Assembly (NCBI GenBank): GCA_050950145.1
Contig: JBMNHB010000001.1
Location: forward strand, 364,820 to 428,819
Direction: 5' to 3'
DNA: 64,000 nucleotides
From: Candidatus Dojkabacteria bacterium
GTDB lineage: Bacteria; Patescibacteriota; Dojkabacteria; SC72
Of this stretch, positions 27,080-38,112 are shown piece by piece (the stretch's first letter is position 1; each line of letters begins with the position of its first letter). The notes below the pieces were generated by a model. It was not told the DNA's origin and did no database searches. It saw nothing but the letters and a program-made list of their open reading frames with translations. A program made the position numbers and the translations under genes.

Positions 27080-27976
27080 ATGTATAACTATCAGAAAAAA
27101 ACATATGCAGGTCAGGCATTAGCTATAATAATGGTTGTACTTGTAGTATCTTCTATAATTGGATTTTCAGTTTTTACAAGATCGCTTAGAGATAAAAAAT
27201 CAACTATTCAAGAAAGAGATTCTGCTGAAGCGTATGAGGTAGCAGATATGATTTTAGATAATATGTTATTAACATCTCTAAAAGATTGGGAGAATAATGG
27301 CCTTGCAAGAGATACAGAACTATCAAACAATGAAATATCTAATCTATTTAAAGCCCTTAATACTCCACTAGATGTTACTACATTTTCTATATGTCCTTTA
27401 TCTGTAAATGGAAATAATAAATATACATTAGCACTTAAAAATGCAGATGAAAATACAAGAATTCAGATACAACCTGGACAAGCATTTACATTTGTTTCTG
27501 ATGGTACAGAATTAAGCCCTGAATGTAGTATTACTGTTAAATTTTGGTCTCCACAATCAAACAGTGGTTTTATGATAAATAAGATATATCGTGATGCTAT
27601 TTCTTCAGGAAACATCAAAGATTATGACTATTCTGATGCCGACGCTTACTGCTTTGGTCCAATAACCAACTGTGGAAGTTTCTCTAAAGTTCCTGATCTT
27701 GTACCATATAATACATCCGAACCACTTACCATACTTATGTCTTCAAACCCACCAATAGATAGGGTACAAATCATTGCCATAAATGACATTGTTACTTTTT
27801 CATATAATGTTAATCCATCATGTGGAGAAAAGTTTAGAAGTGTGGTATTAAGATCATCTGCAACATGTAATGGAGTATACAGAGCTAAAGAAGTGATAAT
27901 TCCAGAAGCAAAATCCAATTATTCGATATTTAACTATGTTCTATTTAATGGAGTTGGAAGTTTGTCTCCTTCTTAG
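27080..27976 (+). CDS. PilX-like type IV pilus accessory protein
   Basis: Prepilin-like G|QALAIIMVVLVV hydrophobic N-terminus, AY..A motif, Cys-containing C-terminal domain. Confidence 0.7.
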   Translation: MYNYQKKTYAGQALAIIMVVLVVSSIIGFSVFTRSLRDKKSTIQERDSAEAYEVADMILDNMLLTSLKDWENNGLARDTELSNNEISNLFKALNTPLDVTTFSICPLSVNGNNKYTLALKNADENTRIQIQPGQAFTFVSDGTELSPECSITVKFWSPQSNSGFMINKIYRDAISSGNIKDYDYSDADAYCFGPITNCGSFSKVPDLVPYNTSEPLTILMSSNPPIDRVQIIAINDIVTFSYNVNPSCGEKFRSVVLRSSATCNGVYRAKEVIIPEAKSNYSIFNYVLFNGVGSLSPS

Positions 27977-27991
27977 TAATTAATAATAATT

Positions 27992-29692
27992 ATGTATTTA
28001 GATAGAATCATTATAAAATTTGGAGGAGAGTCTGGGCAGGGTATAAATACCGTTGGTAGAATGTTAACCCAATCAATAAACAGATTAGGACTATACACTT
28101 TCTCATCTAGAGAATACCCATCACTGATTAAAGGTGGAGTAGCATCATATCAAGTAGATGTATCAAACAAAGAGATATTTACATCGGCAAAAAAATACCA
28201 TGTATTATGTTGCATGTCAGAAAAATCACTCCACTCATACCTATCAGGTGTGCTTGAAAATGGAGTTGTAATATATGACGGGGAGGAACTAGAGTTTAAT
28301 CCTGATGAAGAAATAGAACTCCAAAAGAAGAATATCCATATAATCTACTTAAACTCTGAAAAAATTGCATTAGAAAATGGTGGTACTAAAATAATGGCAA
28401 ATGCAGTACTTCTCGGCTTTATCTGGAAGATTTTAAAGCAAAATCCAGAGATATTAGTAGAAGAAGTACTGGAAATGCTTTCTGATAAAAAAATAGATGA
28501 AGAAGCAGAAAAGAAATGTCTTTTAGCAGGATATAACAACCCTCAATACAGAGACGAGTTAAGTGAATCAGTGGACTTACCAAAACCCTTACAAATAAGT
28601 AGGAAATTATTACTTACTGGTAATGAAGCTATCTCTTTAGGTGCTCTAGCAGCTGGTATGAGGGTATTTTACGGATACCCAATGACTCCAGCTACTTCAA
28701 TTTCAAAATTCCTAGGAGATACAGCACATGAGACAAAAATCGTATTTAAACAAGCAGAAAATGAAATTACAGCAGCACTAATGGTAATGGGAAGTATGTA
28801 TATGGGAACCAGAGCAATGACAGCAACTTCAGGAGGTGGTTTTGACCTAATGATGGAGACAATATCATGTTGTGGTATTAGCGAAACACCCTTCGTGGTT
28901 GTTTTAGCTCAAAGAATAGGAGCGGGTACAGGTGTACCTACATGGACAGGAACAGGAGATATTAATACTGCAGTAAAAGGAGGACACGGTGATTTTCCAA
29001 GATGTGTAATATCAGTAAGTGATGCACAGTCTAACTTTGCATTAATTCAAAGAGCTTTTAACATTGCCGATACATACCAACTACCAGTCGTTGTTCTTTC
29101 AGAAAAACAAATTGCAGAGGCGATATATTCAATTGATAAACTTCCAGGAGTAGAAAAAATTGAAAGAGGACTACAACAAGGAGAGCAAAGATATGAAATA
29201 ACTGATTCTGGAATATCACCAAGATGGATACCACAAAAAGGTCTAAAACCATACCTACATACAAGTGATGAACACACAGAAGATGGACAATCTACTGAAA
29301 ATGCAGAAGAAATTAAAGCAATGTCGGAAAAGAGAGAAAGAAAACTAGAGATGCTTAAATCCGAGTTACCAGAACCTACACTTTACGGCTCTTCCTCAGC
29401 TCAAGTAGTATTTGTTGGATATGGCAGTAGTAAGAATGCTCTTTTAGATGCAATACAACAGAGGGATGATATTGCATACTTACATTACGACTATATTTTT
29501 CCATTAAAAACAGATAATTTAATGAGATTAACAGAAGAAGGAAAAAGATTAATACTAATTGAAAATAATCAAGGCGGGCAGTTTGGGAAATTAATAACAG
29601 AAAACTGTTCGTATCAATTCAAAGAGAAACTATTAAAATATGATGGTAGATCCTTCAGTTTAGAAGATATCTTAGATTATTTAGATAACTAA
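27992..29692 (+). CDS. 2-oxoacid:ferredoxin oxidoreductase alpha subunit (gamma-alpha fusion)
   Basis: GGESGQG, GNEA, YPMTPAT, QAENE, TATSGGG, TGVPT. Confidence 0.95.
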   Translation: MYLDRIIIKFGGESGQGINTVGRMLTQSINRLGLYTFSSREYPSLIKGGVASYQVDVSNKEIFTSAKKYHVLCCMSEKSLHSYLSGVLENGVVIYDGEELEFNPDEEIELQKKNIHIIYLNSEKIALENGGTKIMANAVLLGFIWKILKQNPEILVEEVLEMLSDKKIDEEAEKKCLLAGYNNPQYRDELSESVDLPKPLQISRKLLLTGNEAISLGALAAGMRVFYGYPMTPATSISKFLGDTAHETKIVFKQAENEITAALMVMGSMYMGTRAMTATSGGGFDLMMETISCCGISETPFVVVLAQRIGAGTGVPTWTGTGDINTAVKGGHGDFPRCVISVSDAQSNFALIQRAFNIADTYQLPVVVLSEKQIAEAIYSIDKLPGVEKIERGLQQGEQRYEITDSGISPRWIPQKGLKPYLHTSDEHTEDGQSTENAEEIKAMSEKRERKLEMLKSELPEPTLYGSSSAQVVFVGYGSSKNALLDAIQQRDDIAYLHYDYIFPLKTDNLMRLTEEGKRLILIENNQGGQFGKLITENCSYQFKEKLLKYDGRSFSLEDILDYLDN

Positions 29693-30567
29693 TGGCACTA
29701 GAGATTAAAGACTACAACTCAACTCATCAACCGACATGGTGCCCTGGATGTGGTAACTTTGGAGTACATATGGCTCTTAAAAAAGCTTTAATAGAACTCA
29801 ATATATCTCCATCAGAAACATTTATCACTTTTGATATTGGTTGTAATGGAAATGGTGCAGACACAGTAGGAACATATGCATTTAAAACACTACACGGAAG
29901 ATCAATTCCGGTTGCAATAGGAGCACATCTTGCAAATAGAAAATTTACAACAATTGCAACTATTGGAGATGGAGGTTGTTTCCACGAAGGATTAGATCAT
30001 ATTGTAAACGCAATTAAATCAAATTATGACATAACAATACTTATTCACAATAATCAAAACTTTGCACTTACAACAGGACAAGCAACAGTAACAACACCAC
30101 AAGGTAAGAAAATGTATGGACTACCTGAAGGAAAACCCGAAAGAGATATTGATACAAACGCGTTTCTAATGAGTCTTAAACCAACATTTTTTGCAAAAGG
30201 ATACTCAGGAGATTTAATACAACTCACTGACATTATAAAAAAAGCAATAGAACACAAAGGGTGTAGTGTTGTGGATATATCTCAACTCTGTCCAACATAC
30301 AACAGAGAGTGTACTCCAGAATGGTTCAACGAAAACATTATCAAACTAGATACCTTAGAGAAATACTCATCTAGTTCGATTGAGGATGCTAAAAATATAG
30401 TAGAAGAAATGTCAAAGACAAAAAAGATATATACTGGTATAATCTATACTGATGATAGTATTCCTACTTTTTACGATAGATTAGAAAGTAGAAAAGGAAT
30501 ACTTTCAGAACTATCAGAAGAAGTTAAAGAATACAATATTAAAGAATTATTAAAATACTGTAACTAA
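29692..30567 (+). CDS. 2-oxoacid:ferredoxin oxidoreductase beta subunit
   Basis: WCPGCG, DIGC, TLHGR, GDG...NN TPP-binding motif, LTTGQ. Confidence 0.95.
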   Translation: MALEIKDYNSTHQPTWCPGCGNFGVHMALKKALIELNISPSETFITFDIGCNGNGADTVGTYAFKTLHGRSIPVAIGAHLANRKFTTIATIGDGGCFHEGLDHIVNAIKSNYDITILIHNNQNFALTTGQATVTTPQGKKMYGLPEGKPERDIDTNAFLMSLKPTFFAKGYSGDLIQLTDIIKKAIEHKGCSVVDISQLCPTYNRECTPEWFNENIIKLDTLEKYSSSSIEDAKNIVEEMSKTKKIYTGIIYTDDSIPTFYDRLESRKGILSELSEEVKEYNIKELLKYCN

Positions 30568-32675
30568 TGGAAACAATACTTTCACCCAAATCAATTGCAA
30601 TTGTTGGAGTATCAAATGATGCTCAAAAAGTAGGTTCTGTACTACTTAGAAACCTACTAGAGGGAGGATACAACGGAAAAGTATATCCAATTAACCCTAA
30701 GTATCAAGAATTGCAGGGTAGACAAGCATATCCTAATATTCTTGCTGTAGAAGAAGAAATTGATTTAGTATGTATAGCACTACCGTATCAATTTGTAGAA
30801 GAGATAGTAGATCAATGTGTAGAGAAGAAAGTTAAAACAGTATTGATTGTAACTGCAGGATTTAGTGAAACAGGAGATGAAGGAAGAGAGTTAGAAGAAA
30901 GGATAACAAACAAATTACGAGGAGCAAAAATTAGATTAATTGGACCAAACTGTCTTGGCTTTATAAATAACAAAGCAAAAATTAACCTTACATTTGCTAG
31001 AAACAATCCAGGAGATGGAGATATCGCCTTCATATCTCAATCAGGAGCGTTCTGTACTGCAATACTAGATATGGCAGCTGAAAGTAAATCAGGATTCTCA
31101 CATGTAATCTCAGTTGGAAATAAGGCAGATATTAATGAAAATGAGCTTCTTCCATACTTCATTAATAACCCACAAATTAAAGCAATTGCAATATACCTAG
31201 AAGAATTTTCAGATGGTAAGGAGTTTGTATCAATTGCTCAGAAATCTAAAAAACCAATACTACTAATTGCACCAGGAAGTTCAGAAAAATCAAAGCAAGC
31301 AATATCTTCACATACCGGTTCTCTTGCATCTTCATATGACACAGTACTAGCAGCAGTCAAAAAAGCAAATATCATATTAGCAGAAAACTCAGAAGAACTA
31401 TACAAACTGATTGAATTGGTAGATATGGGATACATACCTAAAGGAAAAAGAGTAGCAATTGTATCTAATGCAGGAGGTCCAGGTATTACAGCTGTTGATA
31501 GAGCTGAAATTGAAGAACTAGAGATTGTTGATCTAGGAGAGAAGACAACACAGAAACTTAAACAAGAATTACCAATAGAAGCATCATTTAACAACCCAAT
31601 TGATATTCTCGGAGATGGCAAAAGTGATAGATATGCATATGCAATTGAAACGGTTCTAGAAGATATTAATGTAGATTCAGTTGTAGTACTACTAACCCCA
31701 CAACTAATGACTGAAATTGAAGGTACTGCAAATACTATTGTAGAGATTGTTAGGAAAACGTCTAAACCTATCTATGCATGTTTCCTTGGTGGAAAAGAAG
31801 TAAAAAATGGTTTTAGGATACTAACTGAGAATAACTTACCATGGTTTAATGATGTACAAGAAGCTATGCACTTAATTGCAAAACTAGCAGATTTTGAAAT
31901 GAAGAAGGATCTAAACAAAATAGTAGATAGTAATAAATACCTTAGAAAGACTAGAAATAAAAAAGAGGTTCTGGAGTATGTTGATCAAGAAGGTAGTGTA
32001 AAAGTTCTCCCTGATGATTTAGCTATTACAATTTTAGAAGAATTTGGTATTGATATACCAAAACAATTAGTTTCTAGTAGCTTAGAAGAAGCACGAGATT
32101 TTGCATCAACTATATTTCCAGTAGCAATCAAGGCCACAGCACAGGATTTAGCACACAAAACAGATCATAAAGGTCTTTATCTTGATATTAGGACAATAGC
32201 AGAATTTGAAGAGAAATTTACAGAACTAAAAGAGACCATTACAAAGGTAACTGGTAATCCTGCTCCTGCAATACTGGTACAAGAGATGATTGATTCAAAA
32301 CTGGAAATTTTCATCGGTACGAATAGAGAAGGAGACTCACATATCTATGAGAAAGACGGTCTTGGCTTTGGACATCTATTAGCTGTAGGAAAGGGTGGAG
32401 TATATACAGAAGTTTACAAAGATATTAAACATATATTAATCCCAGAGACAAGAGAGAAAGCAGATGCAATTCTTTCTGAAACACAAGTCTCTACAATTAT
32501 AGATGGATACAGAGGAAAACCTCCTTTAGCAAGAGAGAAACTACTAGACTTAATAATGAAGATTCAGAGTATGTTAATAACATATCCAGAAATAGTTTCA
32601 ATGGATATTAATCCTGTTATGCTTAATGAAGACAGAGCTGTTGTAGTAGATATTAAACTATATGTTAAGAAGTAA
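30567..32675 (+). CDS. Acetate--CoA ligase (ADP-forming), fused alpha/beta
   Basis: PKSIAIVGVS, GPNCLG, SQSGA, SHTGSLA phospho-His, NPIDI, HKTD, DINP ATP-grasp. Confidence 0.93.
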   Translation: METILSPKSIAIVGVSNDAQKVGSVLLRNLLEGGYNGKVYPINPKYQELQGRQAYPNILAVEEEIDLVCIALPYQFVEEIVDQCVEKKVKTVLIVTAGFSETGDEGRELEERITNKLRGAKIRLIGPNCLGFINNKAKINLTFARNNPGDGDIAFISQSGAFCTAILDMAAESKSGFSHVISVGNKADINENELLPYFINNPQIKAIAIYLEEFSDGKEFVSIAQKSKKPILLIAPGSSEKSKQAISSHTGSLASSYDTVLAAVKKANIILAENSEELYKLIELVDMGYIPKGKRVAIVSNAGGPGITAVDRAEIEELEIVDLGEKTTQKLKQELPIEASFNNPIDILGDGKSDRYAYAIETVLEDINVDSVVVLLTPQLMTEIEGTANTIVEIVRKTSKPIYACFLGGKEVKNGFRILTENNLPWFNDVQEAMHLIAKLADFEMKKDLNKIVDSNKYLRKTRNKKEVLEYVDQEGSVKVLPDDLAITILEEFGIDIPKQLVSSSLEEARDFASTIFPVAIKATAQDLAHKTDHKGLYLDIRTIAEFEEKFTELKETITKVTGNPAPAILVQEMIDSKLEIFIGTNREGDSHIYEKDGLGFGHLLAVGKGGVYTEVYKDIKHILIPETREKADAILSETQVSTIIDGYRGKPPLAREKLLDLIMKIQSMLITYPEIVSMDINPVMLNEDRAVVVDIKLYVKK

Positions 32676-32780
32676 TTCTACGGAATCAATCCTATAGCCT
32701 TGTTCAAATTCTTTTTTATTGTTATAATATCTTGTCGCATTTTAACAATCTATTGGTGAAGTCCAAAAAGGAGAAAAAAC

Positions 32781-33308
32781 ATGAAAGAAGGAATGTTTCT
32801 AACGTTGTTTCAACTGTTTTATAGAGTGGAATACACCTATTATTCCACTAATCCTATAAAAAAAGGGAAACGTAATTTTGTACCTGTACACGATTTGGTA
32901 CAAAATATGTACTATTTCCTAAAAATATTCCTTTCTACCTTTCCAAATTACAGCTTTTTATGGAATTGGTCGCCATACTCTTATTCTCTATTTCAGCATT
33001 TACAGTCTCTTGATGAAAAAATAAAAAATGGTGCTGACATAGACAATGTTAATTTACCTGAGAAATATGTAAAAGATGTTATTCAGGTACGAAAAAACTT
33101 ACAAGTTCTGAGTCATGGGCTTGACGTTAGCACAGTAGAGTGGATGGAAATAGTCTCTTGCTTAGACTATATAAAAAGGTTTGAATTACCTTTGTCTAAG
33201 TTGGACAAAGTTCAAGTTGAATTACTTCAAAGAAAACCTTACTTTCATCATGAACACGTATCAAAAGCATGGCGTGTTTTAGAAGAATGTAAGGAGATTT
33301 ACCGATAA
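32781..33308 (+). CDS. Orphan hypothetical protein
   Basis: 175-aa ORF with own promoter, SD AAAAGGAG and downstream hairpin. Confidence 0.65.
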   Translation: MKEGMFLTLFQLFYRVEYTYYSTNPIKKGKRNFVPVHDLVQNMYYFLKIFLSTFPNYSFLWNWSPYSYSLFQHLQSLDEKIKNGADIDNVNLPEKYVKDVIQVRKNLQVLSHGLDVSTVEWMEIVSCLDYIKRFELPLSKLDKVQVELLQRKPYFHHEHVSKAWRVLEECKEIYR

Positions 33309-33411
33309 ATTCAATTAAAATACGATATGCCTGAGGAGGTTATTATGATTGGTTAATTACCATCACTAACCTAATTAATCTCAGGCTTTTTCTTTATCTG
33401 GAATATAAATA

Positions 33412-33849
33412 TTAATATAGTTCTCTGTCTAATGAAACATACTCCTTATACAATTCCCTACACTCCTTAGAATCAACCTGTACTTCCTCATATTTATCAT
33501 TATTTCCTCCCTCTTCATCAAAACCTATGCTTTTTGCATCATTGTAATCACAAACATAATACACCTTATCTATCTTTGCCCATTGGATAGCACTCTTACA
33601 CATAGGACAAGGTTTACCTGTTGTATACAATTCACAATCAGTAAGATCAAAACTATCTAAAACCCTAGATGCTTTTCTGATAGCATTAATCTCTGCATGA
33701 CAAGTAGGATCATCATCCTTTAATACTGTATTATGTGCTTTTGCAATAACTTTACCATCTTTTACAATTACAGCACCAAAAGGTCCTCCATGATTCTCTT
33801 TTACTCCCAATTTAGCCTCTTCAACTGCTAATTTCATAAAATCTTCCAT
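33412..33849 (-). CDS. Nucleoside/guanine deaminase (CDA superfamily, GuaD-like)
   Basis: GGPFGAVI, HAE, PCPMC. Confidence 0.9.
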   Translation of the reverse strand: MEDFMKLAVEEAKLGVKENHGGPFGAVIVKDGKVIAKAHNTVLKDDDPTCHAEINAIRKASRVLDSFDLTDCELYTTGKPCPMCKSAIQWAKIDKVYYVCDYNDAKSIGFDEEGGNNDKYEEVQVDSKECRELYKEYVSLDRELY

Positions 33850-34706
33850 TAGAATTTTCTCTCAAAATTTACATCTTCAACATGAGCTTTAAGACCTGTT
33901 CTACCTAAATCCTTCTCATATCTTCTTGCATAATCTCGATATTTGAAAACCTTCTTCCTTCTTTCTGGAATAGATTTTTTACTAATCATACCTGGTCCAT
34001 TAATACACCCTCCATCACAATTAAGAATATCAAAGAATTTATAATGCTTGTATACACCATCCTTAAAATTATCAAAAACTGGTATTAAATTGTTTAACCC
34101 TTCCATAACTAAGATTTCCTTTTTCTTAAGAATATGAGCATGATTTAGAGTATCAGAAAGTCCTCCTGAAACAGGATAGATCTTAGTGTAATCATTGTAG
34201 AATTTATCAAAACCTATTGAATATTGACCTTCTGTAATGACCTCAGGAACCTTATTTTTAACAAAGAGGTCCTCTACCTCCTTGAAAGTTAATACAAAAT
34301 CAATCGTTTTTATCTCAGTTGCCTCCATTTTCTTTGTCATACATGGTCCAATGAATACACTCTTATGTTCTGGATATTTCTTTTTTACAATCAGACCCAT
34401 GCAACCCATTGGGGAATGAGCTGGAACTAGATTTTCAATAAGATGGGGATATTTAACTCTAATAAAGTTAACAATCGTAGGACATGGACTAGCAATCCAG
34501 GTTTTCTTCTCACCTTTCTCAATACTCTCTTTCAAAATACTGTAGTAGGTTAGGTTAGTCATCTTAGCACCAAATGTTACCTCTACAACCTTATCAAAAC
34601 CTAATTTTCTTAATCTATACACAACATCAGGATATTCAAACTCTGTAACAAAAGACGGTGCCAAAAGACAGATATATTTTTCATTTGGTTTAAATTCAAA
34701 TGGCAT
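33849..34706 (-). CDS. Minimal [FeFe]-hydrogenase H-domain protein (Fe_hyd_lg_C family)
   Basis: LAPS, P1-like ASPCP, P2 GPCMTKKMEA, P3 NCDGGCINGPG; no accessory ferredoxin domain. Confidence 0.85.
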   Translation of the reverse strand: MPFEFKPNEKYICLLAPSFVTEFEYPDVVYRLRKLGFDKVVEVTFGAKMTNLTYYSILKESIEKGEKKTWIASPCPTIVNFIRVKYPHLIENLVPAHSPMGCMGLIVKKKYPEHKSVFIGPCMTKKMEATEIKTIDFVLTFKEVEDLFVKNKVPEVITEGQYSIGFDKFYNDYTKIYPVSGGLSDTLNHAHILKKKEILVMEGLNNLIPVFDNFKDGVYKHYKFFDILNCDGGCINGPGMISKKSIPERRKKVFKYRDYARRYEKDLGRTGLKAHVEDVNFERKF

Positions 34707-34754
34707 ATTTATAATATATCATAAGGAAGTAGTTGATGATAGTAAAGGGCAAAT

Positions 34755-35123
34755 CTATTCTAACCCCGTTATCTTTCTAAATACCTCATCTTTAGTCTTC
34801 TCACCATATCCAGTAGGGGAGAGTAGGTCTGTTCTTTTAACATTTTCTTCCTTCCCCCTTACTTTTTTACTAACAATGAAATATGTTTTTTCTTGAGGAG
34901 GAGGTAACTCTGAGTTACCTGAGTAAAAAAATTGGTAATCTGTAACTTTAGGTCCTTGTCCTTCAAGTATAAGGTTTTCTTTTTCATCAACTAAGTTATA
35001 GATTGTATTTCCGTTTTTTAATTGTAATCCAATATACTCCTTTTCTAAAAAGTTGGTTTTTACTAACTCTCCAACTATTATTGTATTTGAGTCACTGTTA
35101 TCTAAAAACTCTAGTAGATCCAT
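34755..35123 (-). CDS. Hypothetical protein
   Basis: 122-aa ORF filling intergenic space. Confidence 0.65.
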   Translation of the reverse strand: MDLLEFLDNSDSNTIIVGELVKTNFLEKEYIGLQLKNGNTIYNLVDEKENLILEGQGPKVTDYQFFYSGNSELPPPQEKTYFIVSKKVRGKEENVKRTDLLSPTGYGEKTKDEVFRKITGLE

Positions 35124-35191
35124 TCTTACTTTTAAATTATCTAATTTATATCATTCTTATTTTAACATATATATAGTATAATGTAGTGTAT

Positions 35192-35269
35192 GGTGGATGT
35201 AGCTCAACTGGTTAGAGCACTGGTTTGTGGCACCAGGGGTTGTGGGTTCAAATCCCATCTTCCACCCCA
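35192..35269 (+). tRNA. tRNA-His(GTG)
   Basis: G-1, CTGGT-TTGTGGC-ACCAG anticodon arm, GGTTCAAAT T-arm, encoded CCA. Confidence 0.95.
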
Positions 35270-35346
35270 TAGTAAATCTCTGTGTTTTTTGGTATAATAA
35301 AATGTTTGTAAAACAATCCTAGTTCTTTACAAAAAGGAGTGAAAAG

Positions 35347-35643
35347 ATGATTAAGTTAACAGAAGACCAGATTAAGAAGGCTATTGGGAAAACTTGGCAA
35401 GGCACATCGGATTACATGCTTGAGAAGTTTTTCCCAAGGATAGTAGATATTGTTGGACAAGAACTTTTACCAGAAGGTTTAGTATTGGGAACATCACTTG
35501 CAGTTGAAGATGTTTTTACCGATGGATATCCGCCTATGGCAAAACAACTTGTCTATATGGCTATCCCAAATTTTTTCAAGAACCTTGAGCTTGGTAAAGA
35601 TGGAGACGAAGCAATCGCTTTTTTTAACGAAGCGATTGGCTAG
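35347..35643 (+). CDS. Orphan hypothetical protein
   Basis: 98-aa ORF with TGGTATAAT promoter, SD AAAAGGAG and downstream hairpin. Confidence 0.75.
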   Translation: MIKLTEDQIKKAIGKTWQGTSDYMLEKFFPRIVDIVGQELLPEGLVLGTSLAVEDVFTDGYPPMAKQLVYMAIPNFFKNLELGKDGDEAIAFFNEAIG

Positions 35644-35909
35644 CAGAACTAGGAAGAAAGCACCGTTGATGGTAAAACAGTATCTACTCACTTGAGTGAT
35701 AGTTGAACCGTAGGTGCTTTTTTCTTGTTAATGGATTCGTTTAATATAAACTGATTGAGAATATTCTCTAGATTAAAAATCTCTGATAATTCTAAGCTTA
35801 TAATTATACCCATTAACCGACCCCAGTTTTTATCAACATCTTCCCACTTTTTTTAAAAAATATTATTATATTATAGAAGCAAAATATATTATGAAAATAT
35901 CTTTAAAAT

Positions 35910-36835
35910 ATGAAGCAAAAAAATAATAGTGTTATAGGAATTCTGTTATTATTACTCGCTGCCTTATTTTATGGAATGTATGGGATATTCTACAGAAAGG
36001 TTGGTTCTTTTGGGGTATTTACTCAAGGATACTTAAGAAGCATTATAATCATCTTCTTTACAGTAATAATATTTTTAATAAATACACAGAAATGGAAAAA
36101 ATATGAAAACAAAGATTGGAAGTAGTTTGTATTATGGATTCTCCCCTCAAGTGTGCAACCCATAATAGGATTTATTACATTTAATAATCTACCTATCAGT
36201 ATTGTTTATTACCTTATTTACACGGGTATGATAACTGGTGGTCTTTCTTCCAGTTTAATTTTTTTAGGGAGAAATTAACTCTCTCAAAGGTTATTTCTAT
36301 TCTGCTACTCCTAATAGGCATTACAATTATTTATTATCAGGATATCTCCTTTATATCAAACATCTATGTAGCCTTAGCATTAATCTCAGGGCTAATTACT
36401 GGTTTTTGGAATACCCTCACTAAAAAACTATCAGGTGACTACTCTGAGGAGCAGATGATTTTTTCGGATAACATACCTACATTCATTATTTGTTTAGTAT
36501 TAGCTTTAATATTCAAAGAAAATGTTCCAAATATTTCAAGTCTTAACTCATACATTTGGATCATAATATTTTCAATTACTTCATTACTAACAAGTATTTT
36601 ATTGGTAAAAGGGTTTAGCAAAGTTGAAGCATCCATAGGAAGCCTAATACTTCCTATGGAGATAGTCTTTGCATCTATCATAGGTTTTATATTTTTGAAT
36701 GAACGCTTATCAATTAATATCTATATTGGAGGAGCACTAATATTTCTTGCTACTATTCTGCCATATGTAAATATGATTATTTTAGAGAGAAAAAGAAAAG
36801 AGAAAATCTGTAACTCTAATATACACTCTTTATAA
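35910..36835 (+). pseudogene. EamA/DMT family transporter pseudogene
   Basis: In-frame TAG at 36123-36125 then hydrophobic reading continues; frameshift near the T run at ~36260-36270 before EKLTLSKVISILLLLIG; C-terminal EamA motif FLNERL..GGALI. Confidence 0.85.
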
Positions 36836-37179
36836 ACTAATTGGGTAAAAATCTACTCATTTGAAGTCCCCATTCTAGTAATTCCTTCTTTTTGAAGTTC
36901 TATATATCTTGGTGTAGAACGAATACGAAGACTAGTTTCCATATAATATTTTGCATAGAAAGGAAATGACATAATTGCATTAATTCTATTATTATAATAC
37001 CTTGCAACAATTTTCTCTGAAAGAAAAGTTTTATTAAGATACTCATCCATTAAAGGATATTGTAATATTTGAATTAACTTCTGCAGTTATATTCTCAAAG
37101 TGATTATCAAGTTTTACATCTCTCCAAACCTATAGTATATCACACTACATTCAATAACAATCTACAACAACATTGGATA

Positions 37180-38112
37180 CTATTTTATAATCATAGAACT
37201 CTCATAAAACAAAGGTAAGAATATATAATCTCTTTCTTTAAGTTCCTCAATAACTGAAGGTAATGCAGATAATGAAGCTCTACTAAAATCATGCATTAAT
37301 ATAACAATTATATTTTTATTTTTTGACCCATTAATTATGTTGTTATATGCCGATTCCTTTGTACGAATCTTCCCAGCATCACCTGATGATACATTCCAAT
37401 CTACATACCCATAATTATATTTTCTTAAACTCTTTAATATTTCATGTCTATAAGGGGGTAGCGCAGAACTACTACCACCCGGGAATCTTAAAATATTTGT
37501 TTTTACTCCAAGTTTTTTATATAAAAATTTCTCTTGTTTTAAAACATCATTAATAAAAGAATCAACACTAACATAAAGACCACTATATATTGCATGTGAA
37601 TAGGTGTGGTTAGCTATAGTATGACCACTATCATAAATTCTTTTATATGCCGCATCATACTGACTACTAGGTTTTCCTAATAGAAAGAAGGTTGCTAAAA
37701 CATCATACTTATCAAGTACATCTAAGAAAGCAGGTGTATAGTTGTATGGACCATCATCTAATGTTAGATAAGCTATCTTCTTACTGCCTTTTCCTTGAGA
37801 TACCATTGTTTCGTACTTTTTAGCATTCTCAAAAAATTCTTTCTTAATGTTTTCAGTTGAGTTCTCTACATTTTTTATATCCTCTATATTCTCTGAAAGA
37901 AGTTTTATCTCTTCTAATTTATCAGAATATTCCTTTTCTTGTTGAGATAATATATTCTCAGAATTATATATTTCAGAATATTTTTGTTTTCTTAATTCAA
38001 TTAACTTTACTATTATCCCAAGATTAATTAATAGTACAATTAATAGAAATACTGAAAGACCATATACTATTATTTTATTAAATCCTTTAGGATTTGATTT
38101 TGTCTTAACCAT
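37180..38112 (-). CDS. Membrane-anchored polysaccharide (peptidoglycan) deacetylase, CE4
   Basis: LTLDDGP, ATFF, NHTYSH, RFPGG, DWN, ILMHD. Confidence 0.92.
   Translation of the reverse strand: MVKTKSNPKGFNKIIVYGLSVFLLIVLLINLGIIVKLIELRKQKYSEIYNSENILSQQEKEYSDKLEEIKLLSENIEDIKNVENSTENIKKEFFENAKKYETMVSQGKGSKKIAYLTLDDGPYNYTPAFLDVLDKYDVLATFFLLGKPSSQYDAAYKRIYDSGHTIANHTYSHAIYSGLYVSVDSFINDVLKQEKFLYKKLGVKTNILRFPGGSSSALPPYRHEILKSLRKYNYGYVDWNVSSGDAGKIRTKESAYNNIINGSKNKNIIVILMHDFSRASLSALPSVIEELKERDYIFLPLFYESSMIIK

Noticed and set aside
35820-35850. attR-like copy of the tRNA-His 3' end
   Set aside because: Only a short CATCTTCC match, expected by chance; no integrase nearby.
36123-36125. Stop-codon reassignment or pyrrolysine readthrough in the EamA gene
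   Set aside because: The gene also has a frameshift, and TAG/TGA terminate normal genes in this window, so a TGG-to-TAG nonsense mutation is simpler.
36853-37050. 65-aa ORF
   Set aside because: No recognisable motif or SD; may be a remnant, but cannot be supported.
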